A stretch of 64,000 nt of DNA from Macrostomum lignano (taxonomy: Eukaryota): positions 310,001 through 374,000 of the forward strand of contig NIVC01000467.1 of the NCBI GenBank assembly GCA_002269645.1. The letters run 5' to 3'. Positions within the stretch are counted from its first letter, which is position 1. Each line of letters opens with the position of its first letter. Below, piece by piece: positions 43,601 through 54,714 of the stretch. The notes under the pieces were generated by a model, which searched no databases, was not told where the DNA came from, and saw only the letters and a program-made list of their open reading frames with translations. The position numbers and the translations under genes are program-made.

Positions 43601-46392
43601 TCACGTCGTTGGAAATTTGCTACAAGCAATACCATCTTTGTCGCTGCCGGGACCTAATCTGCATTCGGCGATGGAGACCCACCGATTCAACTGGCTGGAG
43701 CATCGAATAGCCGCCAGTGTCTGCTGCAGCCAAGTCCAATAGCTGCCGGACGGATAGTCAACAACCACAGTATCGTTTCGAGCTATGGAATCGATTAATC
43801 CAGTCGCGCTTTTGATTAACTCTGGCGAGGCGAACTGTTTCATAGGCATGTCCGCCGAATGTGCAATAGTTTGCAAAATGCCTTGTTCAGATTCGGTGAT
43901 TGGATCGCTGTGTAGAGTGTGCGGTTCTGCCGTACTACTATCAGTTAAGTAGTCAACGTGTGTCAGCACAAAATCCGATAGTGTCAGGCGACCATTTTCG
44001 CCGATTAGCTCAATGCTGTGGGAATACCTTTTGAAAAGCGAAATTGAAAACAAATAACAACGCTAACTTTTGTACTAAACAGTAGTGTGATCAGTAGAGC
44101 GTAAAGAAAAACAAGCTATTTTAAATTGACCACTACTGTATGTGTACACATCCTTTCTTACCAGCAAACGTACACTATCAATTTCATACCCGAAAATGTA
44201 CACTGTCCTTTCTAACCCCAAGTGGAAACTGTCTTTTCTAACTCATATATGTACATTTTTCGTTTTAAATAATTGAGTAAAAAGTATTCTTTTTAAATCC
44301 CAGAAGTGCACTGTTTTGAAACCCGCAAAGCAATAAACAATTTATCAAACAAATTACAAGTGCTCTCACCCGTTAAATAGCGAGTCTAACCAAACATGCA
44401 CCCAGCAACCGCCAGCTAATTGCAAATCAAAACTGGCTACTTGGTCGACTCCAATACGCCTAATTTCGTCAATTTGACTGGACCGAGATTGACAGGTTAA
44501 TAAATGACCGGAAGCGCTTATTACTTCGTAGCTGGTTAGCGGAGCACGAACTGCCAATGAAGCTGCGGCCGCGGCAGGGGCCAGATAGTGAACAAGCTCG
44601 ACTGCTATGGCGCCGTAGTAGGCTAGAACTCCGCCGCCCATATCGGGATCGCATGTCCAATCGTAGCTGCAATTAATAATTCAGCGCTTGGATTTAGCAT
44701 GTGTACATTGGGAGTGAGGTGGGCTGCGAGGGGTAGAGAAGAAAGCATCGTGTACATTGGGAGTGAGGTGGACAGTGAGGGGGTAGAGAAAGAAGCATGG
44801 TGTGTACATTGGGAGTGAAGTGGACAGTGAGGGGGTAAAGAAAGAAGCATGGTGTGAACATTGGGAGTGAAGTGGACAGTGAGGGGGTAGAGAAAGAAGC
44901 ATGGTGTGTACATTGGGAGTGAAGTGGACAGTGAGGGGGTAGAGAAAGAAGCATGGTGTGTACATTGGGAGTGAGGTGGACAGTGAGGGGGTAGAGAAAG
45001 AAGCATGGTGTGTACATTGGGAGTGAGGTGGACAGTGAGGAGGTAGAGAAGGAAGCATGGTGTGTACATTGGGAGTGAGGTGGGCAGCGAAAGGGCAGAG
45101 AAGCAAGCATGGTGTGTAAATAGGGCGGCAGAGAGGAAAGCATTGTGTACATTGGGGGTGGGGCGGGCGAGTTAATCGACGAAGAATAAAAGATAATAAA
45201 ATAATAAAAAACCACTAACCGTTCCCCAATAAGCTTTGGATAGCGCAAATTAATATTTATAACTTGTAATTGGCCAATTAAACCGGTGGATAGGCGAGAT
45301 CGCATGCACTGCACAGATGGTAGGTAGCGATAAGAGCAGCCAACTGCTACAGTATCTAATACGCGATATGGCGGCGGCGGCGGAGGCCAGAGTCTAACGG
45401 CTAGGCTGCCTGAATAGAGTTCAGTATGATAAATTGATTGAGACAGCGTTAAACAGTCGTGACTGAGTTAAATAATTATTATAAACCACATAATCTCAAA
45501 GAGCTCTTTGTAACAAATTTTATATAGACTCGATAGCTAAGATTGTACTCTGTCATCACAAAGTTGAGTGTCATATTTTAAGTAAAATTTTTTTTAAGAC
45601 TTCTTATGGAATCGTCAAATTTTGAGTAATCTGTAAACATGGAGTCTCCAGACGTCTGCAACTTTTTGGGTCTGAGAGGCCCAACAATTTTAATTGTAGC
45701 GTCGGGATAATTGTATTTTGTTAAGCGCTAGAAAAATCGATGCGAATTGTACAGATTAGGATTACTACTTCAGCTCCACCAACTTCGTTCGCACCTGTCT
45801 CTTTAGCCAGCTTAGCCAATCCAATTTGTACTCGTTCACCGCGACAGCATAGCAACAGAAGCGACACTTCGGTTCGGCTAGCAAGCGCCGCAGGATCGCC
45901 ACCCACAACAACGGTGAAATTGTCTTCATCTAGCTGGTGTTCTATGCCAGTCCCGTCGCTGCTGCTACTACTACTGCTGGACAGTAGTAGAGACGATTGC
46001 GGCAATATGCATTCCCGTTTAAGAAAGCCTTCTAACGCAGCCCGCTCCGATTCGTCCGAAGTCCAACAGCCAACCAGACGGAATGGACGTCGTCGCTGAT
46101 TATTATTAGTATTATTATTAATATTATTATTAACCTTACTAATACTATGATTATTTAAACAAATTTGACGCAAAGCGCAAGCGGCAAACGGCGAGAAACC
46201 GAACAGGCCAACGCCAATTGGTCGAAGCGACGCTGGCGAAGTAATCTGATCATTGTCATCGTTAGCTTCATTGTCAGCAACATCATTATGATCGTTACAA
46301 ATGCTTTCATTGTCAATAGTTGCCATGCTTGATTCAACTGCTAGCGACGCTGCAGCTGTGGCGTCGTCGGCCAATTGAAGCAAATCTGACAT
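43601..46392 (-). CDS. GFOD1: GFOD1/2-like Gfo/Idh/MocA-family oxidoreductase-domain protein, 4 exons, about 503 aa
   Basis: Exons: 46392-45795, 45409-45220, 44666-44370, 44027-43601, all phase-consistent. Matches to GFOD include IGVGLFG, YRYLPSVQCMRSRLSTGLIG, RYDWTCDPDMGGG (vertebrate KYNWSCDDLMGGG), IRRIGVDQVASF, IELIGENGRL and AIRCSSQLNRWVSI. GFOD1 versus GFOD2 is not resolvable. The ORF-track start at 46407 is TTG; the first ATG is 46392. Confidence 0.82.
44700..45115. repeat. 52-bp minisatellite in GFOD intron 2
   Basis: GTGTACATTGGGAGTGAGGTGGACAGTGAGGGGGTAGAGAAAGAAGCATGGT. Confidence 0.93.
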
Positions 46393-46599
46393 TTGTTTTA
46401 AGCGCAATTTTCAACGCGGCTAATTTTACTTAAAGTGACCAGTTGCACGTCTGCAACTTGAGCAGCTCACGTATGATGCGCGGAAAAGATTCATTGATTT
46501 AAAAATACCGGAGTCAGAAATAAAAAATCATATACGATTCAATATAATTTATAGCTGTCAATACTTGTCATACGTTGAATTTCAGATGACTAGAAAGAT

Positions 46600-47095
46600 A
46601 AGTACATTGGGAGTGAGGTGGGTAGCGAGAGGGTAGAGAAGCAAGCATCGTGCGTACATTGGAAGAGAGGTGGGCAGGAAGGGGGTAGAGAAGCAAGCAT
46701 CGTGCCTACATTGGGAGAGAGGTGGGCAGGAAGGGGGTAGAGAAGCAAGCATCGTGCCTACATTGGGAGAGAGGTGGGCAGGAAGGGGGTAGAGAAGCAA
46801 GCATCGTGCCTACATTGGGAGAGAGGTGGGCAGGAAGGGGGTAGAGAAGAAAGCATCGTGCCTACATTAGGAGAGAGGTGGGCAGGAAGGGGGTAGAGAA
46901 GCAAGCATCGTGCGTACATTGGGAGTGAGGTAGAAGCAAGCATCGTGCGTACATTGGGAGTGAGGTGGGCTGTGGGGGTAAAGAAGCAAGCATCGTGCGT
47001 ACATTGGGAGTGAGGTGGGCCGTGGGGGTAAAGAAGCAAGCATCGTGCGTACATTGGGAGTGAGGTGGGCCGTGGGGGTAAAGAAGCAAGCATCC
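46600..47095. repeat. 52-bp minisatellite upstream of GFOD, same family as 44700-45115
   Basis: TACATTGGGAGAGAGGTGGGCAGGAAGGGGGTAGAGAAGCAAGCATCGTGCC. Confidence 0.93.
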
Positions 47096-48127
47096 TTTTA
47101 TTTCCTTTTAAAACATCCTGAATAGAAATAAACAAAAATGCTCCATACTTTAATTAATAGATGTTGTGTCATTTTTATTTCGAGAACTTATTGGGCATTT
47201 AACGAAACGAGAGCAAAAAGCAGTTAAGGGAGAATTTTATGGGAAGCAGGTAAACTCGGAGTGGAAACTGTAGATAGCAAAATAGAATTTCTACAAACAC
47301 ACATCGCTGAATTGATTAACTTCTGAAGAATATCGAGTATTTTTTAGATTGTTTGACTTCAAAATATACAGGCACCACTGCACAAGACAAACTGTACACA
47401 ATAAGTTAATAGACACAATAACTTACGTGGAGCTGGGAGTCGAAACAGAATCTATAGATGCTATTATATCTTCTAAGATGGGTCTTACAATTTTATAAAA
47501 GTTTGAGTTGGACTTTTAAAAATCAATTTAAATATTTGGCGGCAATAAGTGGGTAAACAAAAAACATTTTTGTGCTGACAAAACAGAAAAAAAACTTAAA
47601 AGAACAATTACTAACAAGTTTATCTTACTATATTTAACAATACTTACACAACGGCTGGACTATGCCTTGTGTATAAAATAATTAAGAACGATGCAGATAT
47701 AACTGGAATAAATATACAGTAAATTCGACATAACAAAAGATATAATGAATCGTTTTTAACCGATTGTGCGATGGAATGCCAGAAATATTTTTGTTACAAC
47801 AATATTTTGAAGCTGAATACATCGGTATCCAAGTACGTTATTTAATTTGACATATTAATAACAAAACATAGGCCCTACTCAAGGCAATAGTCACGAAAGA
47901 ATAATTTGCCGTCTAGAGTAAATAATTTTAATCAGAAGCACACACACAAAAAGACCTGGATATATAAATTTGCGATTATAGTTTGAAAAATAACTTATCA
48001 ACAACACTTTAGCGTTGTTTTGTTTTTGAGTTATGACTGTAAAAAAACACAGAAGATAGTTAAGAAACGTTATGCCCGAACAACAATAAGTGCTGCGTTA
48101 CTAACTTAACAAGTAGCCCGTAAACAA

Positions 48128-48423
48128 AATAATAATAATTGACTACATCTGCCTCGATCGTGCCAGATGTGCAACCGACAGCTCAGCCGCAGCTATTGCG
48201 CGGCGCATCTGAAGGCTGCGTACGGCTGTTCAGCCCAAGGACGGGGAGGTTGCCACTCACACCCTTCATTACTCCAGCTAATGCTTAAATTTTACAGCTG
48301 TGTGAACTGAAGCAATGCCGAGTTAAGGACAATGCCCAAGAACACAAATTGTTTCCAGTAGGATCGGGAAACAAACCCCCCGACCTTCAAATCGTGAGTC
48401 CGACACCCTAACCACTAGGCTAC
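48128..48423 (-). mobile_element. tRNA-derived SINE family Y with a CORE-like middle and (ATT)n tail
   Basis: On the minus strand: TAGCCTAGTGG A box, tRNA-like head, middle TTCTTGGGCA..CTTAAC..ATTGCTTCAGTTCACACAGCTGTAAAAT resembling the CORE/MIR domain, and a tail ending ATTATTATT. Confidence 0.75.
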
Positions 48424-48716
48424 AACTCAAAATTTCTCCCTATAGAGAGCAAGTCATTTTTAGCATATTTCATAAACCGTAAACACTTATTCTTTGTCGA
48501 GCTCATGTAAACAAAAAATTCAGATTTTGATAAGTCATGACTTAACAAGTTGAGCAGCATATCAATTAAAATGTTCAAGTGTCATTAAATCAACTCGAAT
48601 TGAACAGAAAGCACAAAAAAAAACTCGAGCTGGGATAATTTATGAAGGCGTCAATTTTGGCAAATTAATTAGTCTGCAAGTTCAACAATGTGCCAATTCA
48701 CAATATACTTCACGGA

Positions 48717-51700
48717 TCACTGCGTGTCAGGAATTTTCGAACTAGACGACAGATCGCTACGAATGTAGACGAGCACATAAGCAGACTTGGCTACCAGCTC
48801 GTCTCTAGTGACGCATTTGTGCACGTTACAATCATCGTAGTAGTACCAAGCGTTTGAGGGTTTATGAAACGCCGTAGCAGTGTAGTGACCGGCGCCTAAT
48901 CCGCCAAAGTGATGAGCCACAGCTAGCAGATTATACTTGGTCGACTGGCCATAATCCGGTTGGATAATCCACTGGCGCAGGTCTAAATTCTCAACCGGAT
49001 AGTCCACTTTCGTGTCAATTTTGCTTCGATAATGCCGCTCGTAGCTGAATCGTTTCAGATGGCAGACCAACACTGGCGGCAGGCTCCATAAGTCGATCTT
49101 TTTTGTGGCGCATTGGAATCGTTTACAATTCGGACAATGCCAGGCATCCTTTTTGCCCAGCGTTTCAGTATCAGTGTACAGTTTCAGACAGTCGTCAAGG
49201 CTGACGCACTTTTCGGCTTCAAGAGAATCGCTTGCGCTGGGATGGATCTGCGGTAAGATAGAGTTAAAACATTAAGGTAAATCTACGGAAACGGATTTTA
49301 AATTTAGTTTTAGGTAACCTTTACTATTTGAGAAGAGCATAGCTAAGAATTATAAGCTTGTACCTGCTTAAGCTTGTATCGCATTCTTCTGCAAACAAAC
49401 TTGAACAACACGAATGACATCAACTACTTAGGAGGTCGTAGCTAGCGCCAGCGACCCAGGCTCGATTCCAAATGCATTAATTTACATGTAAATTGTAATG
49501 TACTACATGTAAATTTGAATCTCGGCTTGGCTCTGCTCGTGCAATTTAACGCCCAGCTTACATGCCTAACGAAGTGTACATGCCTAACGATTAACAGTAG
49601 AACTACCAAGGGGGGGGGGCCTTGGATTTTTTTGCTAGAGAAATCCGCATCAGGGTGTCCATAGTCACCCGGTGCCATAGCTGTTGAGGGTCCAGAAGCT
49701 CCACCTGGGTGAAGGCTAGTGACCAACGAAGTCAGAACTGATGCAGACACATGTGGTCGACGTGCTGATGAAATTTGGAGACTTGGCAAGGCTGCACTGA
49801 GGCGCAGTGCTGATTGGCGCACAGGGGTGTACTGAATACACTAGCGCTTATGGGAAAAATCCGACCTTCTGGCAGAATCGTCGAATATCTCGACGGTCCG
49901 GAGGGCTGGCGACTTGATTCTTGTTTGAGAAGGTGCGCAACAAAAAGTTAGCCCGTGTTCTTGAATTTCGTGTGCCTGCGTTGCTCCGTTCCGGCGCAGC
50001 AAAAAAAATTGTCAGGGGGGGGGAATTTTTCTACGGGAAAAATTAGATCGAGTCTCACAAAGTACGGGAAACTTTCCCCCCCCCCTTGGTAGTTCGACGG
50101 GCGGAAAAATGGCTTGGTATTCCTACTGTTTATAAAGTTAAGGCAACTATACACTCCTGCGTATGACTGCCGCTTAAAGTGCGCCAGGGTGCACGCAGCC
50201 TCCTGACTCTAATAGAAACGTAGCTGTGTAGCTCTCAAGGAATACAAATTTCACTCACCTCTTCGGTCTTAGCTGCGGCATCGTCGTAGAAAAGACGCTT
50301 ATTTAAACTGTTCAAAGACACCCAGATGTAGCTATACTCGGACGGCAGTACGGCGCCAACTTCGTCCGGGTCCATTAGCATTGCAGTGTCGCGAACAAAA
50401 GTACCGCTACGCGAGGCATACAAAGTGTAAGGCGGCGGTTCAACCTGCCGATCTGGGGCGTCCTGATGCCACCAATTCTTGTACGTGTCCGGCTCAGCCA
50501 AACGTTTGGACGGATTATCCAGGAAACGGCTACAGCGTTCGGCTATGGCGCTACGCACGGCAGACTGCAGCACGCTGCCATCGTTAACTACTGGAAGTGC
50601 AACGGCGCCTGACTCGGTTGCGTTGTCGTTGTCTTCTGGCGGAGGAGCGGCCTTGTCCATGTCCAATTCAAGCAGCATAGGCGTACCAAAGTACATAGTT
50701 GCAGCATAGGACGCTCGAGAGGCCAGAGCTTCATCAAGAAAATAGACATATTTGAAACGAATTGGCGAGGTATTCGATTCTGTTTCGAATGGTTCGCGCA
50801 GTTCAAAAGCGTAGAATTGGCCGCGATCGCTAATATGTGAGTAAGTGTCGTTGGCAACTAAAAAACGGTGGAACTTGTGATAGTAGACTTCGCCAATTAA
50901 TATACGATTTTTCGGTAATTGAAACATCTCACTAAGGCCTTGATAGGCCAGAGCCATGGTTCCGTCGGGCGGCAGTGTCAGCTTGCACTTTACAGGCGGC
51001 AGGTTTGGATCGAGTCTCACAAAGTGGAACGTAAAACAGTGTTGATCTTGCGGCAGCGGCAAGCTTAAGTAGCAGAACGGATCAAAGGTGACACTAACCT
51101 TTTCGCATTCCGGACAGATAAGTGTCGATTTGAGCTGTCCGTGAAATAGATCAACAATAATAGAATCGTTTCGTAGCATATAGTTTTGCCAGGCTTCCTC
51201 AGCAACCACGGCGTCAGGTCGATTGTCAGCTTCCTTTATCTCTATGTAAGGCTTAGAGATAATTCGATTCAGATCCTCGTGTAGGCCGTCAAGCATAAAG
51301 GCCATCACTTCTTGACCGTCGTGCTGTTGAAAGCCGGAAAATTGAGGAGCAAATTCGCTCAACGTAGCTTTGAAATCGCGAGGCGCGAGATAAGAAAACT
51401 TGCCCGACCACAAATTGGCAATTAGGGCGGCATACGCTTTAGCAATCTCGCCGCGCATGCCCAACGGATTTGTGCAGTTCAACTCGCTGCGCCATTTATC
51501 GGACAGCATGTATTCAGTAAGAATTGGCACATTGCTTAGACACTGTAGAGTCGAACTCATAAAACAAGTGTTGCCCATGTTAACAAGGCCGCACAGACCT
51601 GGCGTTGTTGGCGTAGAATGACTTTGCCAAGAAGTGGAAGTGTTAGAAGTTGAAGCGATCGATGGTGGAGCCGGAGGTCCTAGTGGAATTGCTGCACCAG

Positions 51701-52745
51701 ACTGAGGCGCCGGCGTCTGATCTGGCAGCTGAGGGCCGCTGATTCGGAACTCCTCGAATGGCCGCGAAAATATACCATCCTCCAGATTTGGTAGTTCCAT
51801 CAGAATCAGATCGTTTGACTTCACGTATCCGTCTAAATAGTCGTCTGGCAACTTTAGAATTGGTTCAACGAGACCGGCACTGTAACCGCCGGAAGATAGC
51901 CAGAGTCGCAGGTCCGAGGACTTCTGACGCTCCGTCAAGGACAAGGCCTCTCTGGCGCGTTCGGCCACGTCGCCAAATGTGGCCGATTTGGAAAACTGAC
52001 AAGAAACTGTTCCTAGGCCATTTTCATTATCCAAGAGGCCGATTTCGATAGTGAGTTGGTAGACTTCGATTTCTAGAATTTTTCGTTCGCTACCACGACA
52101 TATGACGCTACGAGTGATAGGCTCTTGTCCGGGCGCCAGCTCGTAGTATTCAACTAGCATTGTCCAAGCGTCGCCTCTTAACAGCATATAGTCGTGTTCA
52201 TTCATTAACTTTGGCTTAAGATCTCCATTTACGTCTAAAATGTCAGAATTATCAATGCAACCAGGAAAGTAGGCCTCTTTGCCTAAGTATTTTTCTTCGT
52301 ATTTACGATAGCCAACATATTGTTGCCAGCGGCTGAACCAAGCCATAGAAAGCACGTACCATTCTTGACCGAGGACTAAACTGGAACCCCTGCACTTTTT
52401 CACAGCATCCCTCTGCCTCTTTAGACAAGAAATCATTGGATCATCAGTCTGGGGATTCACACTTGTTGATGCATTTGACGTCGATACAGGCTTTGGTTTA
52501 GTAGAATCTACCTTGGCGCTCATAGATTGAGATGAAGAGTGACAAACTTCCATTGGCGTTTCGCCATTATTTTGAGCGACAGGTGTATTACTGCCTTCGG
52601 TATCCATGGCTACACTCTGGTCATGATTATCCTGCTGACTTTTCTGTTGGTGATTACCAATGTGTTGGCTGTCTTTTACTTCAGATGATTTTGAAAGAGA
52701 AGAAATCGAGTCTTCATTGTCGCGCAGAACGCTGTCAACAGTCAT
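48717..52745 (-). CDS. USP15: Ubiquitin carboxyl-terminal hydrolase of the USP4/11/15 family, 2 exons, about 1005 aa
   Basis: Exons 52745-50259 and 49247-48717 (GAG|GTGAGT ... CCGCAG|ATC). DUSP domain ([27 protein letters not shown]), UBL region, Cys box [32 protein letters not shown] and His box [13 protein letters not shown]. The paralogue cannot be resolved from sequence alone. Confidence 0.92.
49434..50205 (+). mobile_element. SINE family X copy (49434-49594 plus 50129-50205), split by a nested DNA transposon, in the USP intron
   Basis: The 5' part carries CCCAGGCTCGATTCC and GAAGTGTACATGCCTAACGA. The 3' part resumes TAAAGTTAAGG..ACACTCC..CTTAAAGTGCGCC..CAGCCTCCTG, colinear with the intact copies. 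Confidence 0.7.
49595..50128. mobile_element. Non-autonomous TIR DNA transposon (534 bp), superfamily unassigned
   Basis: Terminal inverted repeats CAGTAGAACTACCAAG and revcomp CAGTAGGAATACCAAG (14/16 match). A second internal inverted copy at 50076-50095 matches 49600-49619. Flanks TTAA / TTTA suggest a 4-bp TSD. Confidence 0.72.
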
Positions 52746-53924
52746 GCCTTCTTCTCTCTAACTATACCAGACACCTTAAGCAAAGCGTGTTTAAAAGCCG
52801 TTTCTCGCTGTAGATCTGCTAACGTAAACACAGCAATGTAAACAATTTTTTGAATAAGTAAAAATTTGCAGAAGTTAAAAGAGCTAACTAGTAAAACATG
52901 TTAATAGAAGCTTAAACAGCGGTGCTCTTTCACTATTGAAGATTGGTAAATTAACATACAGGCTCCTGATTAAACGGTGACTGCAATAAGGTCTGCTCTA
53001 TAAGATTCGGAATGACATATCTTAGATTAAACCACTTTAAAGCTCACTTTCAGGGAGGTTATTGACATAGATTTTATTTTGCGGGATTTAATCGATCACT
53101 TTCCCGGACATATTGCAAGGATTATTGTATGTATCTAAATAAGCGAGCTTCTCTCATCTCTTCCTACGTGACTCGAGAAGTTTCCTAATGAAATTTTGTC
53201 TATGGTAAGAATGTGGGGGCTTCGCCCCCACACTCCCAGAAGGGGCTTCGCTCCCACACCCCCATCCCCAACTTCAACCATAGACATACAAGTATGGCTC
53301 CGGGATTTATCTGAATACATCCCGCAAAATTAAAGTAGTTTAAATAAGATATTCTATGGGTTTTTCGGTCGGTATTTCACTTAAATCCCTCGAGCCGATT
53401 TAATCACATACCGACCTCAAACCCATGGAATATCTTATACTTATCATTAGATATGTATTTAGCCGATTAAAAATAGACTCAAGGCATTAAGAAACAAAAT
53501 TCAAAGAATACTGGTTCTTGTATAGTGTATGTATTTTGTACAATAGAACGTACATTTATAAGCACTACATCATCGTGAAGACAATGAGCAACTCATGGAT
53601 TACTTAGAAAATGGCTAGGATATATTACTTTTTAATAAATTTGAAAATGCATTATTACATCCAACTAGCAGTATCACAATTGAAGCAACACCTTAGCTAC
53701 TACTAAATTTCGGAAGACAAACTGATGAATTCGCGCTGTTTCTATTTTCAAGTCACTGAAGGATTAAGTGGATCAGAAGTCGACATAAAAGTAGACAAGA
53801 GATACGATTGAAAAGGGGAGAGAGGATACAGAAGAGAGAAGAAAGCTGAGAAGAGACATACACACTGAGTGGGCTTTTATTGCTATTGAGCAGTTCTAAA
53901 GGACCTGAGAGCCGGGTAGAGAGG

Positions 53925-53971
53925 CCTCGCGGGCTGCATATGGCCTATGGCCTGGAGTTTGCCAACTCCTG
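53925..53971. mobile_element. hAT MITE right-end fragment (MER58-like pattern)
   Basis: CGCGGGCTGCATATGGCC..GGCCTGGAGTTTGCCAACTCCTG resembles the GGCCCGCGGGCC..AGTTTGCCGACCCCTG terminus. The left end was not found. Confidence 0.45.
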
Positions 53972-54028
53972 AAGTAGATTACGCGTGTCTAGTAGAATCC
54001 AACTGTAAGACCCCAAAGTAAGGGATCA

Positions 54029-54090
54029 ATAATAATAATAATAATTGAATACACCTGCGACCTGCCCCAATTGGGCCAGATGTACAACCG
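54029..54090 (-). mobile_element. 3' tail fragment of SINE family Y or of its partner LINE
   Basis: (AAT)n then ..TACACCTGC..GGCCAGATGTACAACCG matches the ends of the two longer copies. Confidence 0.55.
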
Positions 54091-54154
54091 TATGGTATAG
54101 TATGGACCCGGTTAAGATGTCAAATCGAAATATCGATCACTTTTAATCTAAGTT

Positions 54155-54634
54155 TTATGGAAGCATATCGCAGAAGCTATGCACATCGGAGGCGGCAGTG
54201 TGACGCATTACATTAGACGGATACGTAACTAACAGGACGCCAGCAGACACGCGCACTAGTATTAATCCACCAGCTGGCGAGGACAGCTCGCTACTGGCGC
54301 AATTTAACAGGGGCGCACAATGAACTACTGACGCAGATTTCTCCAACGGTCGATACTGATGACTGCCCAATACTAAACGAGTATTTAACACTTTGGCATC
54401 AAATTTTGGCAAGCGATTGTAGCGAAATAGATTTAAGCACAATTGGCACAGCTCCTGGGTTGGCCAATGAGATGCCAGTGCTAAACGACCTTCAGCGTGG
54501 GCCAGCAGCCCGGATGGTTGTAGGATTAATGCGACACCGTCTATTCTACCGCGGCATAGTAGGTGTTGACGAATCTTCTGGCTCCAGGCCTCACAGTCTT
54601 CTGGTGGAGAGGTTAAACTCATTGGTGAAGGCAT
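54155..54634 (-). CDS. Divergent profilin-fold protein, single-exon CDS, 159 aa
   Basis: Length and pattern fit profilin: N-terminal helix with Trp (EAWSQKIRQHLL), IDGVALI, LVLGSHQY, GGLILVRVSAGVLLVTY and a C-terminal helix VHSFCDML. Recognised by motif memory only. Confidence 0.62.
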   Translation of the reverse strand: MPSPMSLTSPPEDCEAWSQKIRQHLLCRGRIDGVALILQPSGLLAHAEGRLALASHWPTQELCQLCLNLFRYNRLPKFDAKVLNTRLVLGSHQYRPLEKSASVVHCAPLLNCASSELSSPAGGLILVRVSAGVLLVTYPSNVMRHTAASDVHSFCDMLP

Positions 54635-54714
54635 AAATTTTTTTTCAAATTTGACAGGTAAGTTTCACCTTGTTGTAAATCAATTCTGCGAAACAACCGT
54701 TAGGAATTAGTGTA

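Noticed and set aside
48162-48233. Hammerhead or HDV-like ribozyme in SINE Y
   Set aside because: CTGAAGG is not followed by a GAAA core, and the HDV P3/L3 and J4/2 consensus could not be satisfied by hand. It is kept only as a structured-RNA candidate.
54406-54662. Plus-strand 76-aa ORF antisense to profilin followed by a perfect AG|GTAAGT donor
   Set aside because: There is no recognisable homology and no matching acceptor or exon, so chance is an adequate explanation without transcript data.
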